From Mustelus asterias (lineage: Eukaryota), in the NCBI RefSeq assembly GCF_964213995.1, contig NC_135815.1:101742001-101806000 (forward strand): a DNA stretch of 64,000 bases. Direction: 5' to 3'. This document shows positions 1-12,949 of the stretch, piece by piece. Positions within the stretch are counted from its first letter, which is position 1. The number at the start of each line of letters is the position of its first letter. The position numbers and the translations under genes are program-made. The notes under the pieces are model-generated. The model was given only the letters and a program-made list of their open reading frames with translations. It did no database searches and had not been told where the DNA came from.

Positions 1-230
1 AAATGATTGCAATCCACCATTCAACCTGGAATGGAACAAGATGGAATAAAAGTTCAAAAAAATGAAGAAATGAAAAGAGTAGAAAAAGAAAGTTGCGTTA
101 AAAAGCTAGGCAACAGGCAATTTTCTTCCTTACCCTGACAACTTAACTGTTCAGTAAGGTTATTTACAAGCAAAGGCCGATAAATTGATATGTATTCAGG
201 AGTGAAACAAGAATGATGCTTTATTCTTAC

Positions 231-350
231 CTGGGTTTGTTCAGACGTAGACATCTCTGAGGGCATTACACTTGACATTTGACCTATTGAAGCTATCTTC
301 TCTGCAGCTGATATTGGTTTGACTGGTTCTTTGGTGGGTTCTAACATGCC
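231..350 (-). CDS. AFTPH: Aftiphilin exon 6 (GMLEPTKEPVKPISAAEKIASIGQ...EQTQ); gene continues beyond window start
   Basis: ttttcag|GGC acceptor and CAG|GTAAG donor; 120 nt; resembles human GMLEPTKEPLKPLSAAEKIASIGQ. Confidence 0.95.
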
Positions 351-364
351 CTGAAAAACAAAAG

Positions 365-1280
365 AACATCACAGAATTGTTATGGCATAGGGGGCCATTC
401 GGCCCATTATGTCTACACTGGCTCTCCAAAGCAGCATCATCACTTAGTGCCACTCCCCTGCCTTTTCCCTGTACCCCTACACATTATTTAAATAGAAACA
501 ATCATCTAATGGCCTCCTGAATGCCTCAATGGAACCTGCCTCCACCACACTTCCAGACAGTGCATTTCCAATCCCAACCACTTGTATGGAAAAGTTTTTT
601 CTCACATTACACATGCTTCTTCTGCAAATCACTTTAAATCTGTGCCCTCTCATTCGTGATCCTGCTACCAGTGGGAAAGTTTCTCCCTGTCTACTCTGTT
701 CAGCCCCCTCATGATTTTGAACATCTCTATCAAATGTCCTCTTAGCCGCCTTCTCTCTAAGGAGAACAGTCCCAACCTCTCCAATCTATCCTCACAACTG
801 AAGTTTCTCACCCCTGGAACCATTCTTGTAAACCTCTCCTGCGCTCTCTCCAATGCGCCAACATCCTTCCTGCGGTGTGCACCCAGAACTGTACACAACA
901 TTCCAGCTGAGATCTAACTAGTGTCTTGCATAAGGCACGGTAGCACAGTGGTTAGCACTGCTGCTTCACAGCTCCAGGGACCTGGGTTCGATTCCCGGCT
1001 TGGGTCACTGTCTGTGTGGAGGTTACACATTCTCCTCATGTCTGCGTGGGTTTCCTCCGGGTGCTCCGGTTTCCTCCCACAGTCCAAAGATGTACGGGTT
1101 TAGGTTGATTGGCGATGCTAAAATTTCCCCTTAGTGTCCTGAGATGTGTAGGTTAGAGGGATTAGTGGGTAAAAATATATGGGGGTAGGGCCTGGGTGGG
1201 ATTGTGGTCGGTGCAGACTCGATGGGCCGAATGGCCTCTTTCTGTACTGTAAGATTTCTATGATAAGTTCAGCATAGCCT
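365..1280 (-). mobile_element. CR1 3' fragment with an HE1 SINE inserted at 934-1263
   Basis: LERAQERFTRMVPG...RRRLRG; CR1 sequence resumes after the SINE. Confidence 0.85.
934..1263 (+). mobile_element. HE1/V-SINE (tRNA-derived)
   Basis: A-box TAGCACAGTGG, B-box GGTTCGATTCC, V-domain GGGTTTCCTCCGGGTGCTCCGGTTTCCTCCCACAGTCC, CR1-like tail; TSD ATAAG. Confidence 0.9.
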
Positions 1281-1740
1281 AAACCACATGAAATGTTGCA
1301 ATTTATGCACTCTTGGCATGAAGCCTCACCTAGTGGAAGTGCATAACTTGAAAAGTGTGGATGCAGAAGCATAAATAGAAAGTAGCGTAGTGCACAATTT
1401 CCTGATCATGTGTTCTCAGCATTATGTAAAGACAATAAGCAAATCTATTTCCCACAATTCATACACGGTGACACTTCCATTTACAGTAGTTTGATAGTCA
1501 TTTTCACGGTTTATAAAAAAATCTATCTTGATGTCCAGGTTGTCAAAGAGGATTTATGTACATAGTTTATTTCAAAATTTGAATCATCAATCAGAGAAAA
1601 TTGGTTCCATCTGCCATATTTGCTGAAATGTTGCATTGCAATAATGTTCAGGAAATAATAGAATTACACAGTGCAGGAGCAGCTCATTGACCCAACTGTG
1701 CCGCCACATGTACAAAGCTAAAAGTAGTTACAAATATCAT

Positions 1741-2249
1741 GGGTGCGATTCTCCCAGCCCGAGGACAGGAACTTCCCACCGGGCAGTGCCAAGGGGACAG
1801 GACCTATGGGGAGAGCGATCGGTGGGGTGGGGGGGGGGGGACACACGACTCGCTGCCACTCTGCACAGAGATCCGTCGATCGTGAACAGCAGGAGGTTGG
1901 GGGCTGGCACAGAGGGGTCTGGGGGGCCAGCGACGGGGAAGTGGGGGGTCAGAAGGGCAGCAATGCATGGTCGCGGGACTGACCAGCAGTGCAGGGCTAC
2001 TGCGCATGCACTGATCTTGGCTATGACAGACTGGTGCACGAGCAGGGGCCCGCTCAGCACTGTGCTGCCGGCTTCTCCAGCGGTTATAGGCCCCACTCTC
2101 AGAGTTTCAGAATGAATCCCGCTAGCGTACTCTGCAGCGTTCAGAATGTGGGAGATCCATTTCGAAAATTCCGCTAAAAAAACCAGCATGAGTTACTCCA
2201 GTTTTTACGCGAATTTGGCACTTAAAATGTTTTGGGGAGAATCACCCCC
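1741..2249. mobile_element. Non-autonomous DNA transposon/MITE (GGG..GATTCTCCC terminal inverted repeats)
   Basis: Begins GGGTGCGATTCTCCC and ends GGGAGAATCACCCCC; GC-rich interior. Confidence 0.7.
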
Positions 2250-2277
2250 ACATTATACCATTTAAAGCTGGACTTAC

Positions 2278-2334
2278 CAGGCCAGATGCATATGCAGGAA
2301 CTATGACAGGCTGCTTCCTCTGCCCTGTAAATAA
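2278..2334 (-). CDS. AFTPH: Aftiphilin exon 5 (LFTGQRKQPVIVPAYASGL)
   Basis: caaaag|TTA acceptor and CTG|GTAAGT donor; 57 nt; resembles human LFTGNKKQPVIVPMYAAGL. Confidence 0.94.
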
Positions 2335-2564
2335 CTTTTGAAACAGAAACAATTACTTTACTGCTACTTTACTAAAAGCATGAAGTGAAAATATCGACAC
2401 TTAAGAAATGAAGTATATTTAATGACCCTGAATCTCGCCAAGCTGGTGCATAAACCGTTTCCAATTCTATTCCCGATGAGCAACTTAAGAGTCGGACAAG
2501 TTTTTAAAGTTGGAGACTGGTTTACCCATATTGCTGTCGTGTTTTTACTGAGGTAATGTCAGCA

Positions 2565-2900
2565 TGGTTCAGCTGATAAAAGCTTTTGCACTTGATAATG
2601 GATTCGAGTTCCATTCTGAGGTTTCAATTCATAATCTAAGTTGTCAGTTCAGTGCAGTACTGATAAATTACCATACTGTTAAAAGTGCCAAACTTCAGAG
2701 GACACATCAAACTTGCCTCAAAGCTTCATAGTCTTGCAGCTAATGGCAGCTTTCAAAGACAAGGGATTTCTCCTCACCCAACAAGTACCATCAAAATTAC
2801 TAAGTGATTACCCCACACAAATAGCAACAGGAACGCTGTTGCTACAGAATGATTCATTTGCCCCAACAGAGGTCAGTGCACTTAAGGAATGAATCAGGAA
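2565..2900 (+). mobile_element. Degenerate DeuSINE (SacSINE1-like)
   Basis: tRNA-like head followed by CAGTGCAGTACTGA, as recalled from shark DeuSINEs. Confidence 0.45.
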
Positions 2901-3020
2901 GCATAGCTGTTTTTGTAAGAAAACAAAGCTGCCTCGAATCGAGCCCTTTTTTACTCAAAATAAATAAATGGAATATATTTCCCCCCCCCCCCCACCTTTT
3001 CCCCAATCTCCATAACTTAC

Positions 3021-3147
3021 TATGTTTCTGGTATCAATTCCCAGGGAAATCAGAAGCTTTTTGTTGCTGTGGGAACCACCCCACTGGTACCTCAGGCCAT
3101 GAGCATCTTCCACATCTCGCAGCTCCGTCCACACAGACAGCAACTCC
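3021..3147 (-). CDS. AFTPH: Aftiphilin exon 4 (ELLSVWTELRDVEDAHGLRYQWGGSHSNKKLLISLGIDTRNI)
   Basis: tacag|G acceptor and ATA|GTAAGT donor; 127 nt; conserved YQWGGSHSNKKLL of the aftiphilin clathrin-binding region. Confidence 0.96.
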
Positions 3148-3471
3148 CTGTACAAGCCCACAGAAAACACAGTTGTTAACACATGACGCAGCAAATTAAA
3201 CACTGGCGCTCACAGCATTGTTTGGAGCAGATCACCAACATACTTCTGTTGCAGATTTTAATTTGCCTTGGTTTCAGTAAACAGACAATTGGATTTTTTT
3301 TTAAAAGAACAGCGCTTCTTGCTACAGTATGCAGAGATCATTCTGCTCATCATTTATTCTCAAGTTTACCGGCTCAGTATTTAGGGCCTTTATCAGAAAC
3401 GCGCATCGCACTTAGTTAAGTTTTTCCCAATTTGTTACAATTAATCCTCTGTAATCCGTTCACAATCTTAC

Positions 3472-3620
3472 CCATTGTTTGCCTTGATCCGTTCTCCTTT
3501 CCCAAATCCAGACTGCAGGAGCTGTCCAAGAGAACAGATCTCTTCTTTGGTGACCATAACAGGTGGCACCAGAGAAAAGCACGTTTGGAAAACTCGCTCC
3601 AGACGATTTAGCAAAGACAC
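3472..3620 (-). CDS. AFTPH: Aftiphilin exon 3 (VSLLNRLERVFQTCF...KANNG)
   Basis: tgtag|GTG acceptor and GG|GTAAG donor; 149 nt, phase 0 to 2; resembles human SLLNRLERIFEACF. Confidence 0.93.
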
Positions 3621-3724
3621 CTACATTAAAAAGCAACAGTTGGCATCAGTTTGCATTTTCCCCTCTTTCAGTTTTGATTAGTGCAACAATATACATCTAA
3701 CTCCAATTAGGTCGCTAGTTTTTT

Positions 3725-4110
3725 TAATCTTCCACAGAATGCAGGTGCCGTTGGCTAGTCCAGCATTTATTGCCCATCCTTAATTGCCCTCGAGGAGGTG
3801 GTGGTGAGCTGTCTTCTTGAACCCGCTGCAGTCCATGTGGTGTAGGTACACCCACAGTGCTGTTAGGGAGGGAGCTCCAGGATTTTGACCCAGCGACAGT
3901 GAAGCAATGGCGATATATTTTGAATACCGTGTGTTTCTAGGTGGTAAAGGTCACGGGAATGGAAGATGTTGCCAAAGGAGCTTGGTTGTGTGCTGCAGTG
4001 CATCTCACAGATGACAAACTGGGCCGATGGTGGAGGGACTGAATGTTGATGGTGATGGGTGGGATGATAGAGTGCGCTATTTTGTCCCATTTGCTCCTCC
4101 TGAGCCACTG
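3725..4110 (-). mobile_element. 3' end of CR1/L2-group LINE with GGGCAATAAATGCTGG tail
   Basis: Reverse complement of the family at 28080-28585 and 60985-61760. Confidence 0.75.
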
Positions 4111-4214
4111 TGATTGTATGAAAACAGAAAATTCTGGAAGTACTCTGCTCTTACTTCTGACTTTCTTACCCAGCCTACATATTTCCAGTCTGAGGGTCTA
4201 ACTCGTACTCGATT

Positions 4215-4486
4215 TAATTTGATTTATTGTCACATGTATTAGCATTCAGTGAAAGGTATTGTTTCTTGCGCACTATACAGACAAAGCATACCAATCAGAG
4301 AGATGGAAAGGAGATTGCAGAATGTGTTACAGTCATAGCTAGGTTTAGAGAAAGATCAACTTAATGCAAGGTAGGTCCATTCAAAAGTCTGATGGCAGCA
4401 GGGAAGAAGCTGTTCTTGAGTCGGTTGGTACGTGACCTCAGACTTATGTATCTTTTTCCCGATGGAAGAAGGTGGAAGAGAGAATG
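4215..4486 (-). mobile_element. Rex1/Babar LINE 3' end
   Basis: Minus strand encodes TNRLKNSFFPAAIRLLN, followed by a short UTR ending AATAAATCAAAT. Confidence 0.7.
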
Positions 4487-4714
4487 CTCTGTCACCAAAG
4501 CATGACTGGAATGGGAGAAATTGAAGTTTAAGGACATTCAGATTCCATATTCTTATGCAACGCTTTCCTTTCTTACTGCGTCCTGAGCAAACAATTTTCA
4601 TAACCACAATATAGATAACATCCATAAGAGCACCATCTAACAGTAAAACACTGAATGAACACAAGGCACACATCATGAACCGAGCTAATAAGTTAAAACG
4701 ATGATAAACTAATT

Positions 4715-7700
4715 TCACAGAATTGCTACAGTTCAGGAGACAGCCATTCCACCCATCACGTCTGTACTCGCTCTGAATGGACAATTCAGCTCGTCCCACT
4801 GCCATCTTCACCCCACAACCCTGCACATTCTGCCTTTCTAGATAACAATCTAATTCCCTTCTGAATGCCTCAATTGAACCTGATTCCAGAATACTCCCAG
4901 GCAGTGAACTCCAGATCTTAACCATTCGCTGTGTGAAGCAGTTTATCCTCACGTCGCCTACGCTTCGTTAGCCAATTATTTTAAATCCGTGTCCTCTCGG
5001 TCTCGATCCTTTCACAAGCGGAAACAGTTTCTCCAAATTGCCTCTGTCCAAACCCCTCATGACTCTGAATGCCTCTATCAAACCTCCTTTCAGCCTTCGC
5101 TTCTGCTAAGAGAACAGTCCTAACTTCTCCAATCAATCTTCTGAAATTCCTCATCCCTGGAACCATCCGCATGAATCTTTTTTGCACTCTTTCCAATGTC
5201 ATCACATCCTTCCTAAAGACATTGCCCAGACTGCTCACAATACTCCAGTTGAGGCCAAACTAGTGTTCTAACTTCCTTGGTTCTTGTACCTTCTTGCCCT
5301 TATTAATAAAGCCAAGGATACTAAATGCTGCATTAACTGCTCTCTCAAACTGCCCGGCCACCATCAGTGACGTATGTACAAATACACTGTGGTCCCTTTG
5401 TCCCTGCTCCTCACTTAAAGTTTCTCTATTCTATACCGTCTCTCCATACTGTTCCTGCTAAAATAAATCACTTCACATTTCTCTGCATTGAACTTCATCT
5501 GCCACTTGTCTGGCCAATACACCAATATGTCTATGTCCGTTTGATGCTCAAGACTATCCTCATCACAGATGACAACGTTTCAATCTTTATATCATCTTCA
5601 AATTTTAAAATCATGCCCTTCATACCAAGGTCTAGGTCATTAATTTACAACAGGACGAGCAAGGATCCCAAAACTTCACTACAAACCTTCCTCCAATCTG
5701 AAAAACAACTATTTCTCATCACTCTGTTTCCAACCTGTCATAAAAGTGTCCTGTTTGCTTTTATTCCATGAGCTAGAACCTTGCTCGAGTGGCACTGTAT
5801 CAAACTCCGGGTAGGTTGGCCCAACCTTTCCCTTTCGCAGGAATACACTTTGATTGTGCCTGGACACTCTTCTTGAAGGTAGCCCATTGTTCAGCTACTT
5901 TGTAAACTCCAACTTATTCTGCCAGGATCCATTCTTACTCCATGGAAGTTGGCTTTTCCCCCAGTTAATTATTCTTTCTCTACATTGTTCTTTGTCTGTT
6001 TCCAGAGCCAGTCTAAACCCTGTGATACAATGATCACTGTATCCTACATGTTCTCCTCCTGCCACTTCATTTACCAAACCCCCTTCAGTCCCAAGAACCA
6101 GGTTCAGCAGTGCCTCGTTCCTTGTTGGATTGGAAACATCCTGAACACACACTAGAAATTCTTGCCCCTCTCTGTCCTCTACACTACCACTGTCCCAGTC
6201 AATATTCAGGTCATTAACCCCCTCATAACTATAAAAGATTGTACCTCTCTACATTCCTTGTAAATGTGTTACTCTACGTCCTTCCCACTAGTTGGTGGCC
6301 TAGAGACTACACTGAGCTATGTAATCGCTCATTTTTTGTTCCTTAGCTCTGGCCAAATAGGTTCTGTCCTCAACCCTCTGGCAGGATCGGACAGAGTCAG
6401 CAAGGATACGAGGGAAATCATGCTTGACAAATCCATTGGAGTTCTTTGATGATGTAACTATGGGAGCCAGTGAATGTGGTTTATTTGGACTTTCAGAAGG
6501 CTTTCGACAAAATCCCATATACGAGATAAGCGTGTAAAATTAAAGCACATGGGATTGGGGATAGTGTATTGAGATGGATAGAAAACTGGTTGGCAGACAG
6601 GAAGCAAAGAGTAGGGTCTTTTTCGAAATGACAGGCAGTTACTAGAGGGGTACCACAGGGATCTGTGCTGGGACCCCAGTTATTCACTATATATATTAAT
6701 GATTTGGATGAGGGGACGAAATGTAATATCTTCAAATTTGCGGATGACACACAGCTGGGTGGGGGTGAGCTGTGAGGAGGATGCAGAGATGATTCAGTGA
6801 GATTTGACAAGTTGAGAGAATGGGCAAATGCATGGCAGATGCAGTATAGTGTGAATAAATATTAGGTGATCCATTTTGTTCAAAAAATAGGAGGCAGATT
6901 ATCGGAATGGCAGAGACTGAAAGAGAGGAATGAATGTGCAACAAGACCTGGGTGTCCTTGCTGAAAGTAAGCATCCAGGTGCATCATGTGGTGAAGACAA
7001 ATGGTATGATGGCCATCATAGTTAGAGGACTCAAGGAGCACGGATGTCTGGCTGCAATTATACAGGGCCTTGGTGAGGCCACACCCGGAATATTGTGCAT
7101 AATTTTGGTTTCCTTTTCTGAGGAAGAATGTTCTTGCTATGGAAGGAATGCAGCTAAGGTTTACCAGACTGATTCCTATGATCACAGGACTGACGTATGA
7201 GGAGATTGAGTCAATTAGGATTATATTCACTGGAGTTTAGGAGAATGAGGGGGGGGATCTAATGGAAACCTATAAAATTCTAACAGGACTAGACAAGGTA
7301 GATGCAGGATGTCCCTGATGACGGGGAGTCCAGAACCAGGGGTCACAGTCTGAGGGTTCAGGGTAAACCATTTAGGGCAGAGATGAGGAAAAATTTTTTC
7401 ACCTAGAGAATGGTGAGCCTGTGGAATTCTCTACCACAGAAAGCAGTTAAAGTGAAAACATTATATGTTTTCAAGAAGGAGTTAGTTTTGCTCAGTGGGC
7501 AAAAGGAATCTAAGGATGGGAGGCGGGGGGGCGGGTAGCAGGAAAAGGTTACTCAGTTGGGTGATCAGCCATGATCATAATGAATGGCGGAGCAGGCTCA
7601 AACAGCCCACTTCTGCTTCTAGTTTCTGTGACATCTTTCTCCAGCACTGCAATGTTCTCCTTAATCAATACCACCACCCTTCCCCCTTTGATTCCATTCC

Positions 7701-7790
7701 GATCTTTCCGGACCGGAACACCCAGGAATATTTAACACCCAGTCCTGTCCTTCTTTAAGCCTCAGTTATAGTCGCATCATCATATTTCCA
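4715..7790 (-). mobile_element. Old internally deleted CR1 (RT and endonuclease relics) interrupted by a + strand CR1
   Basis: LERVQKRF and PTRNEALLNLVL/SDH relics; minus-strand homology resumes at about 7632. Confidence 0.8.
6387..7630 (+). mobile_element. CR1 RT-to-3'UTR fragment (decayed)
   Basis: [18 protein letters not shown] and KFADD relics; CR1 3'UTR GATCAGCCATGATC. Confidence 0.88.
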
Positions 7791-7804
7791 CTTAGTGACT
7801 ATGT

Positions 7805-8010
7805 GGAGCAGAGCAGAGTGGCTCTCCTGGAGTTCTCACAACAATTATCCCTCCACCACCAGCACCAGAACAAATGAACTGGTGATTTACCTCATTGCTG
7901 TTGTGGGATCTTGCTGTAAGCAGATCGGCTGCCTGTTTCCCTATAAACAATGACTATACTGCCAAGATATTTCATGGCTGTGACACACCCTAACCATGTG
8001 AAAGATACTA
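7805..8010 (+). mobile_element. DeuSINE Deu-domain relic
   Basis: CTCATTGCTGTTGTGGGATCTTGCTGT...GGCTGCC motif. Confidence 0.6.
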
Positions 8011-9369
8011 AACTTTTCATTCTTTGTAATGGAAGCGTATTCGAAACCAGAGAAAATATGTAAAAAATTTAGATCGGAACTTGTGGCACTCTTGTGATTT
8101 TGCTCGTTGCCAGAGGATATTATGTCTTAGACAGATAGAAACATAATGCATATAGTCTCATTCTTCTGTGGAAGGCAAGGTCTGTCACTTATGCCCAGAG
8201 AAATACTTCTGATAGTGGGGACTTCTTCTGAATCCGCCTAATTGGCAATGCTATTCTGCACCATTGAAGGTCAAAACGCTGGAATGCCGAGGGTCTGAAG
8301 CTCTTGTAAATTCTGAGTACCCGGGCTAAAAAATATTAAGGATAAAACATCGACTTTTTTTTTAATAAAAGCAATTATTTTGCTGTTCTAAGAAAGCATG
8401 ACATCTCGAGAATAATAAATCCACGCTAGACACAAGAAATGGAAAGCAGATCCAAAACTTATTTTGCTCCCTCTGATAAATTAATAAACTGGTGTAACCC
8501 ATTTAGAATAGATTGCAAAGTATAAAGAACCTCACCAGGTAGATTTTGCTCAACTTACTCCCCAGTAACTACACCAGCTGTGTGTCAGGGTGTCTCACTG
8601 TACTCTCAGGTTAGCTAGTTTATCATATACACAATTTTGACCTTTCAATCACCTCAGAAAAGATAAACTCATAACAAGCCTTCATTTTTTTTTAGATTAA
8701 GAAATTCCACTCTGTTTTTTATTCCAACAAAAATAATTTCCATTCACATCGGGTGTGTGAGGGACTGCAGTTTTCAAACATGTTTAGGAATATAAAAGAA
8801 CGAGGTGGTGTAGACCGTACTGCCTCTCAAATGTGCTCTGCCATTCAATACAATCATGTCGGATCTTCAAACTTAATTCCACCTTCTCACACGCTCCCCA
8901 TATCCCTCAATTCCCTAACAGACAAAAGATCTGAATCCCAACCTTGGATCTGGGGCTACCAGAATGTCAGAGACAAGATGCGAGACCCAAGTTGTGCTTC
9001 GGAACTGCGCAGAAGTCCTGATGTGTGAACCGCCATAAAAACTGCCCAGGAAGCTTTAACTTCTCATGGGCATTGTCCCTGCTCTCTGGGACTCTCTGCC
9101 CTTTTCAAATGTCGCTAACTGAGTCAGATTCAGAGACTTGGGACAGTTTCCACGTACTTACCTGCATAGTTCCACAGGAAATGTTGAATTAAAATGTAGC
9201 CTAACATCTAATCACGACTAACCCCATATCACAATCCTCCATACACAACTCACCCATCTAACCTCTACCCACTTTCCCATTCACTCACTCAATCTCTAAC
9301 ATTCAAACCAGACCTTTAAACTTACCATTCAGCAGTTAGTGCTGTAAGGGAAGAGACTGTGTCCGGACA

Positions 9370-10385
9370 CAGAGTCAGAGGTTTACAGCATGGAAACAGG
9401 CCCTTCGGCCCAACTTGTCCATGCCGCCCTTTTTTTTTAAAACCCCTAAGCTAATCCCAATTGCCCGCATTTGGCCCATATCCCTCTCTACCCATCGTAC
9501 CCATGTAACTATCTAAATGCTTTTTAAAAGACAAAATTGTACCCGCCTCTACTACTGCGTCTGGCAGCTTGTTCCAGACACTCACCACCCTCTGTGTGAA
9601 AAAGTTGCCCCTCTGGACACTTTTGTATCTCTCCCCTCTCACCTTAAACCTATGTCCTCTAGTTTTAGACTCCCCTATCTTTGGGAAAAGATATTGACTA
9701 TCTACCTGGTCTATGCCCCTCATTATTTTATAGACCTCTATGAGATCACCCCTCAGCCTCCTACGCTCCAGAGAAAAAAGTCCCAGTCTATTCAGCCTCT
9801 CCTTATAACTCAATCCATCAAGTCCCGGTAGCATCCTTGTAAATCTCTTCTGCACTCTTTCTAGTTTAATAATATCCTTTCTATAATAGGGTGACCAGAA
9901 TTGCACACAGTATTCCAAGTGTGGTCTTACCAATGTCTTGTACAACTTCAACAAGACGTCCCAACTCCTGTATTCAATGTTCTGACCGATGAAACCAAGC
10001 ATGCCGAATGCCTTCTTCACCACTCTGTCCACCTGTGACTCCACTTTCAAGGAGCTATAAACATGTACCCCTAGATCTCTTTGTTCTGCAACTCTCCCCC
10101 ACGCCCTACCATTAACTGAGTAAGTCCTGCCCTGGTTCAATCTACTAAAATGCATCACCTCGCATTTGTCTAAATTAAACTCCATCTGCCATTCATCAGC
10201 CCACTGGCCCAATTGATCAAGATCCCGTTGCAATTGGAGATAACTTTCTTCACTGTCCACTATGCCACCAATCTTACTGTCATCTGCAAACTTACTAACC
10301 ATGCCTCCTATATTCTTATCCAAATCATTAATATAAATGACAAATAACAGTGGACCCAGCACTGGTCCCCGAGGCACACCGCTGT
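9370..10385 (-). mobile_element. Young 5'-truncated CR1 (HER1-like) LINE with open RT C-terminus
   Basis: GVPRGPVLGPLLF...KFADD...RPHLEYCVQFWSP...RLRGDLIEVYK; 3'UTR with CTATG-type tail. Confidence 0.93.
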
Positions 10386-12146
10386 CCTCCCCCCTCATTC
10401 TACTATAACTGAGTTCCCCGAGGGTTACTGTGCTACATATTTCTGTAGAAACCGGGCTTGCAAGACCCCCAGTAGAAATATGCAGCAGCGTAGAGTTGGG
10501 AGAATCTTTGCTTGCAGAAGGGAATTTCAAAGTTTCACAGCCCTCTGAGCGAATAAATTTCTCATCTCAATCCTAAAAGATCAACTCCTTACCCTGAGAC
10601 TGTGCCCCCTTGTAGATATCCCAGTGAAAGGGAGACAGCCTCTCAGTGTTTACCCTGTCAAACTGCTTCAGAATATTGTACGTTTCAGTGAGATCACCTT
10701 TCATTCTTCTAAATTCAGCACAGTATATGCTCAATGCTCTGGTACACGCAATCTCTCACTCGTTTTAAATATTCCAGAAGGTGGATAGACAAATGTACAC
10801 CGGGCTCTCTCTCTCGTTACCTTGCTGAAATTCTACAGATGAGATTGACGATATCACGGACAACCAGGTACTCAACACTCCAGCTTACAAATGTTAGAAA
10901 CTGCATTTGCAGCAGGGAATATTCAGCTTGGAGGATAAACTATGCAGAAGGATTCTCAAAAAATGTTAAAGAAAATCTGCCTGGATTCTCCTTCCCACTA
11001 ACTATAGATATGCAGACTCCTCATACGTAGCTTTCTATGTCATAATCTTTGTAGTTATCTTGGGGTTTTTTGTGTTTGATGCATACAATTCTGACCTCTT
11101 CCTTTGTTGCTATTTTGTGAACATGAAATTTAAGCCACGCAGCTGTAAAAGACACTTGCAGATATCAAAATGTAGCACAGGAAGTCTGAAGAGGCAAGCA
11201 GATTGCACGCCTGGTGCAACATTTATATATTTTAGCAGAATTCTTGGGCAATACAATGAGCCAAAGGAAATGTTCTCTCTTACCATCTATCATCTTTTTG
11301 TTGCTTCTCTGCCTCCCAATTCTTCCTTTCACCTGGGAGCTGCAGGGTGGGAGGGGGTTGGCAGGACGGGAGGGGGAACAGAACTGTTGAGAGCAGCTAG
11401 TGATAGGCACAGAGCACTTTGAGCAAACACTACAACCGGGGTTAACCAGGGGAAAGAGTGAATTAGGAAAGACCGCTGTTATTTAATATATCTTGTAACA
11501 CGCAGTTTGTAAAGCAGAAATGCCTGTTTACCATAGCCAGGACACAAGCCTTAATTGGCTGCTGCAACTCCTCTCCTGCTAAGACTTTCTCCTCAACTGC
11601 CACACTGCTCATTACTCTGGTTGCTAATCCCCCTGCACTCAGGGTGACGGGGGATTGGTGGGGGGTTTGGATTTCTCACTCACTTGCAGTTCCATTTGAG
11701 TCTGTCAAACTCAACCTGGAGACTCCAGGTTCAGTCTCTCAAAGGCTGTCCTAGAAATAAGGACAAAAAGTGCCCCTCGAGACAAAACAAGGAACAATCC
11801 CCCGAAATGTGGGCCAGTTGGCCCCGATCCACGCCCTGGTTCCTACATGGAGACTGCTAAAAGCGACTTACTGCTGTGAGCATGAACCCTACATTTGTTA
11901 AGCTCTTTAAACAATTTAAAAATGGACAAGTCTCCATTTCCCCTCTCTCCATTACATCCCTCTCTACTTTTCCCTGCCTCACCTCTCCAAACGCAATCCA
12001 CCATTTATTTCCCAGCTTCCCACCAGATCACTGCACACAAGCCATGGTTTGATTGAATAGGGAGGTACCATGCTTAATGGCAGTAATCACTAATAGAGGG
12101 GAAGATACAGCCAGATTTAAGGTAAGAGAATGGTAATGGTAAAGCA

Positions 12147-12590
12147 TCATAGAGGTTTACAGCATGGAAATAGGCCCTTCGACCATTAAGCTAATCCCAA
12201 TTGCCCACGTTTGGCCCCATCCCTCGATACCCATCTTCCCATGTAACTGACAAAATTGTACCCGCCTCTACTACTACCTCTGGCAGCTTGTTCCAGACAC
12301 TCACCACCCTTTGTGTGAAAAACATTGCTCCTCTGGACCCTTTAATCTCTCCCCTCTCACCTTAAACCTATGCCCTCTAGTTTTAGACTCCCCTACCTTT
12401 GGGAAAAGATATTGACTATCTAACTGATCTGTGCCCCTCATTATTTTATGGACCTCTATAAGGTCACCCCTCAGCCACCTACGCTCCAGAGAAAAACGTC
12501 CCAGTCTAACTCAAACCATCCCAGTTATAACTCAAACCGTCAAGTCCAGATAGCATCCTAGTAAATCTTTTCTGCACTCTTTCTAGTTTA
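12147..12590 (-). mobile_element. CR1 3' fragment (same subfamily as 9370-10385)
   Basis: Close match to 9370-9870 with internal deletions. Confidence 0.88.
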
Positions 12591-12719
12591 AGGTCTAGGT
12601 TGCTGGTAACTGGGATAGGATAAAAGACTGGAAATGGTGAAGGAGGGAGAGGCTTATAAATAGCGTAGGAAATAGCAAGTGGATGCGAGATAGATGGAAC
12701 CACAGCTGATGAAACTCCA

Positions 12720-12935
12720 AAAGATAAAATGCTGGAAAGTCTCAGCAGGTCTGGCAGCATCTGTGAGAGAAAAGAGCTGATGTTGAGTCCAAGTGACCCT
12801 TTGACAAAGAGTCATCTGGACTCGAAACATCAGCTCTTTTCTCTCCTTACAGATGCTGCCAGACCTGCTGAGATTTTCCAGCGTTTTCTCTTTTGGTTTC
12901 AGATTCCAGCATCCGCAGTAATTTGCTTTTATCCA
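12720..12935. mobile_element. Penelope-like pLTR family B, inverted pair with decayed hammerhead core
   Basis: Arms CTGGAAAGTCTCAGCAGGTCTGGCAGCATCTGT and ACAGATGCTGCCAGACCTGCTGAGATTTTCCAG; TTGACAAA-GAGTC-loop-GACTC-GAAAC at 12801-12828. Confidence 0.7.
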
Positions 12936-12949
12936 GTGATGAAATTCCA

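Noticed and set aside
934-1010. tRNA gene-like A/B boxes here and at other SINE heads
   Set aside because: They run directly into SINE V-domains and are not standalone tRNAs.
8150-8325. Possible extra AFTPH exon after a ttttttag acceptor at 8325 (-)
   Set aside because: In-frame stop after 24 codons, no clear donor and no recognisable homology; exons 2 and 3 already join in frame. A poison exon cannot be excluded without RNA-seq.
9451-10530. 359-aa ORF as a host gene
   Set aside because: It is a CR1 RT C-terminus fused by chance to about 48 codons of flank at the 5' truncation, and it starts at a non-ATG codon.
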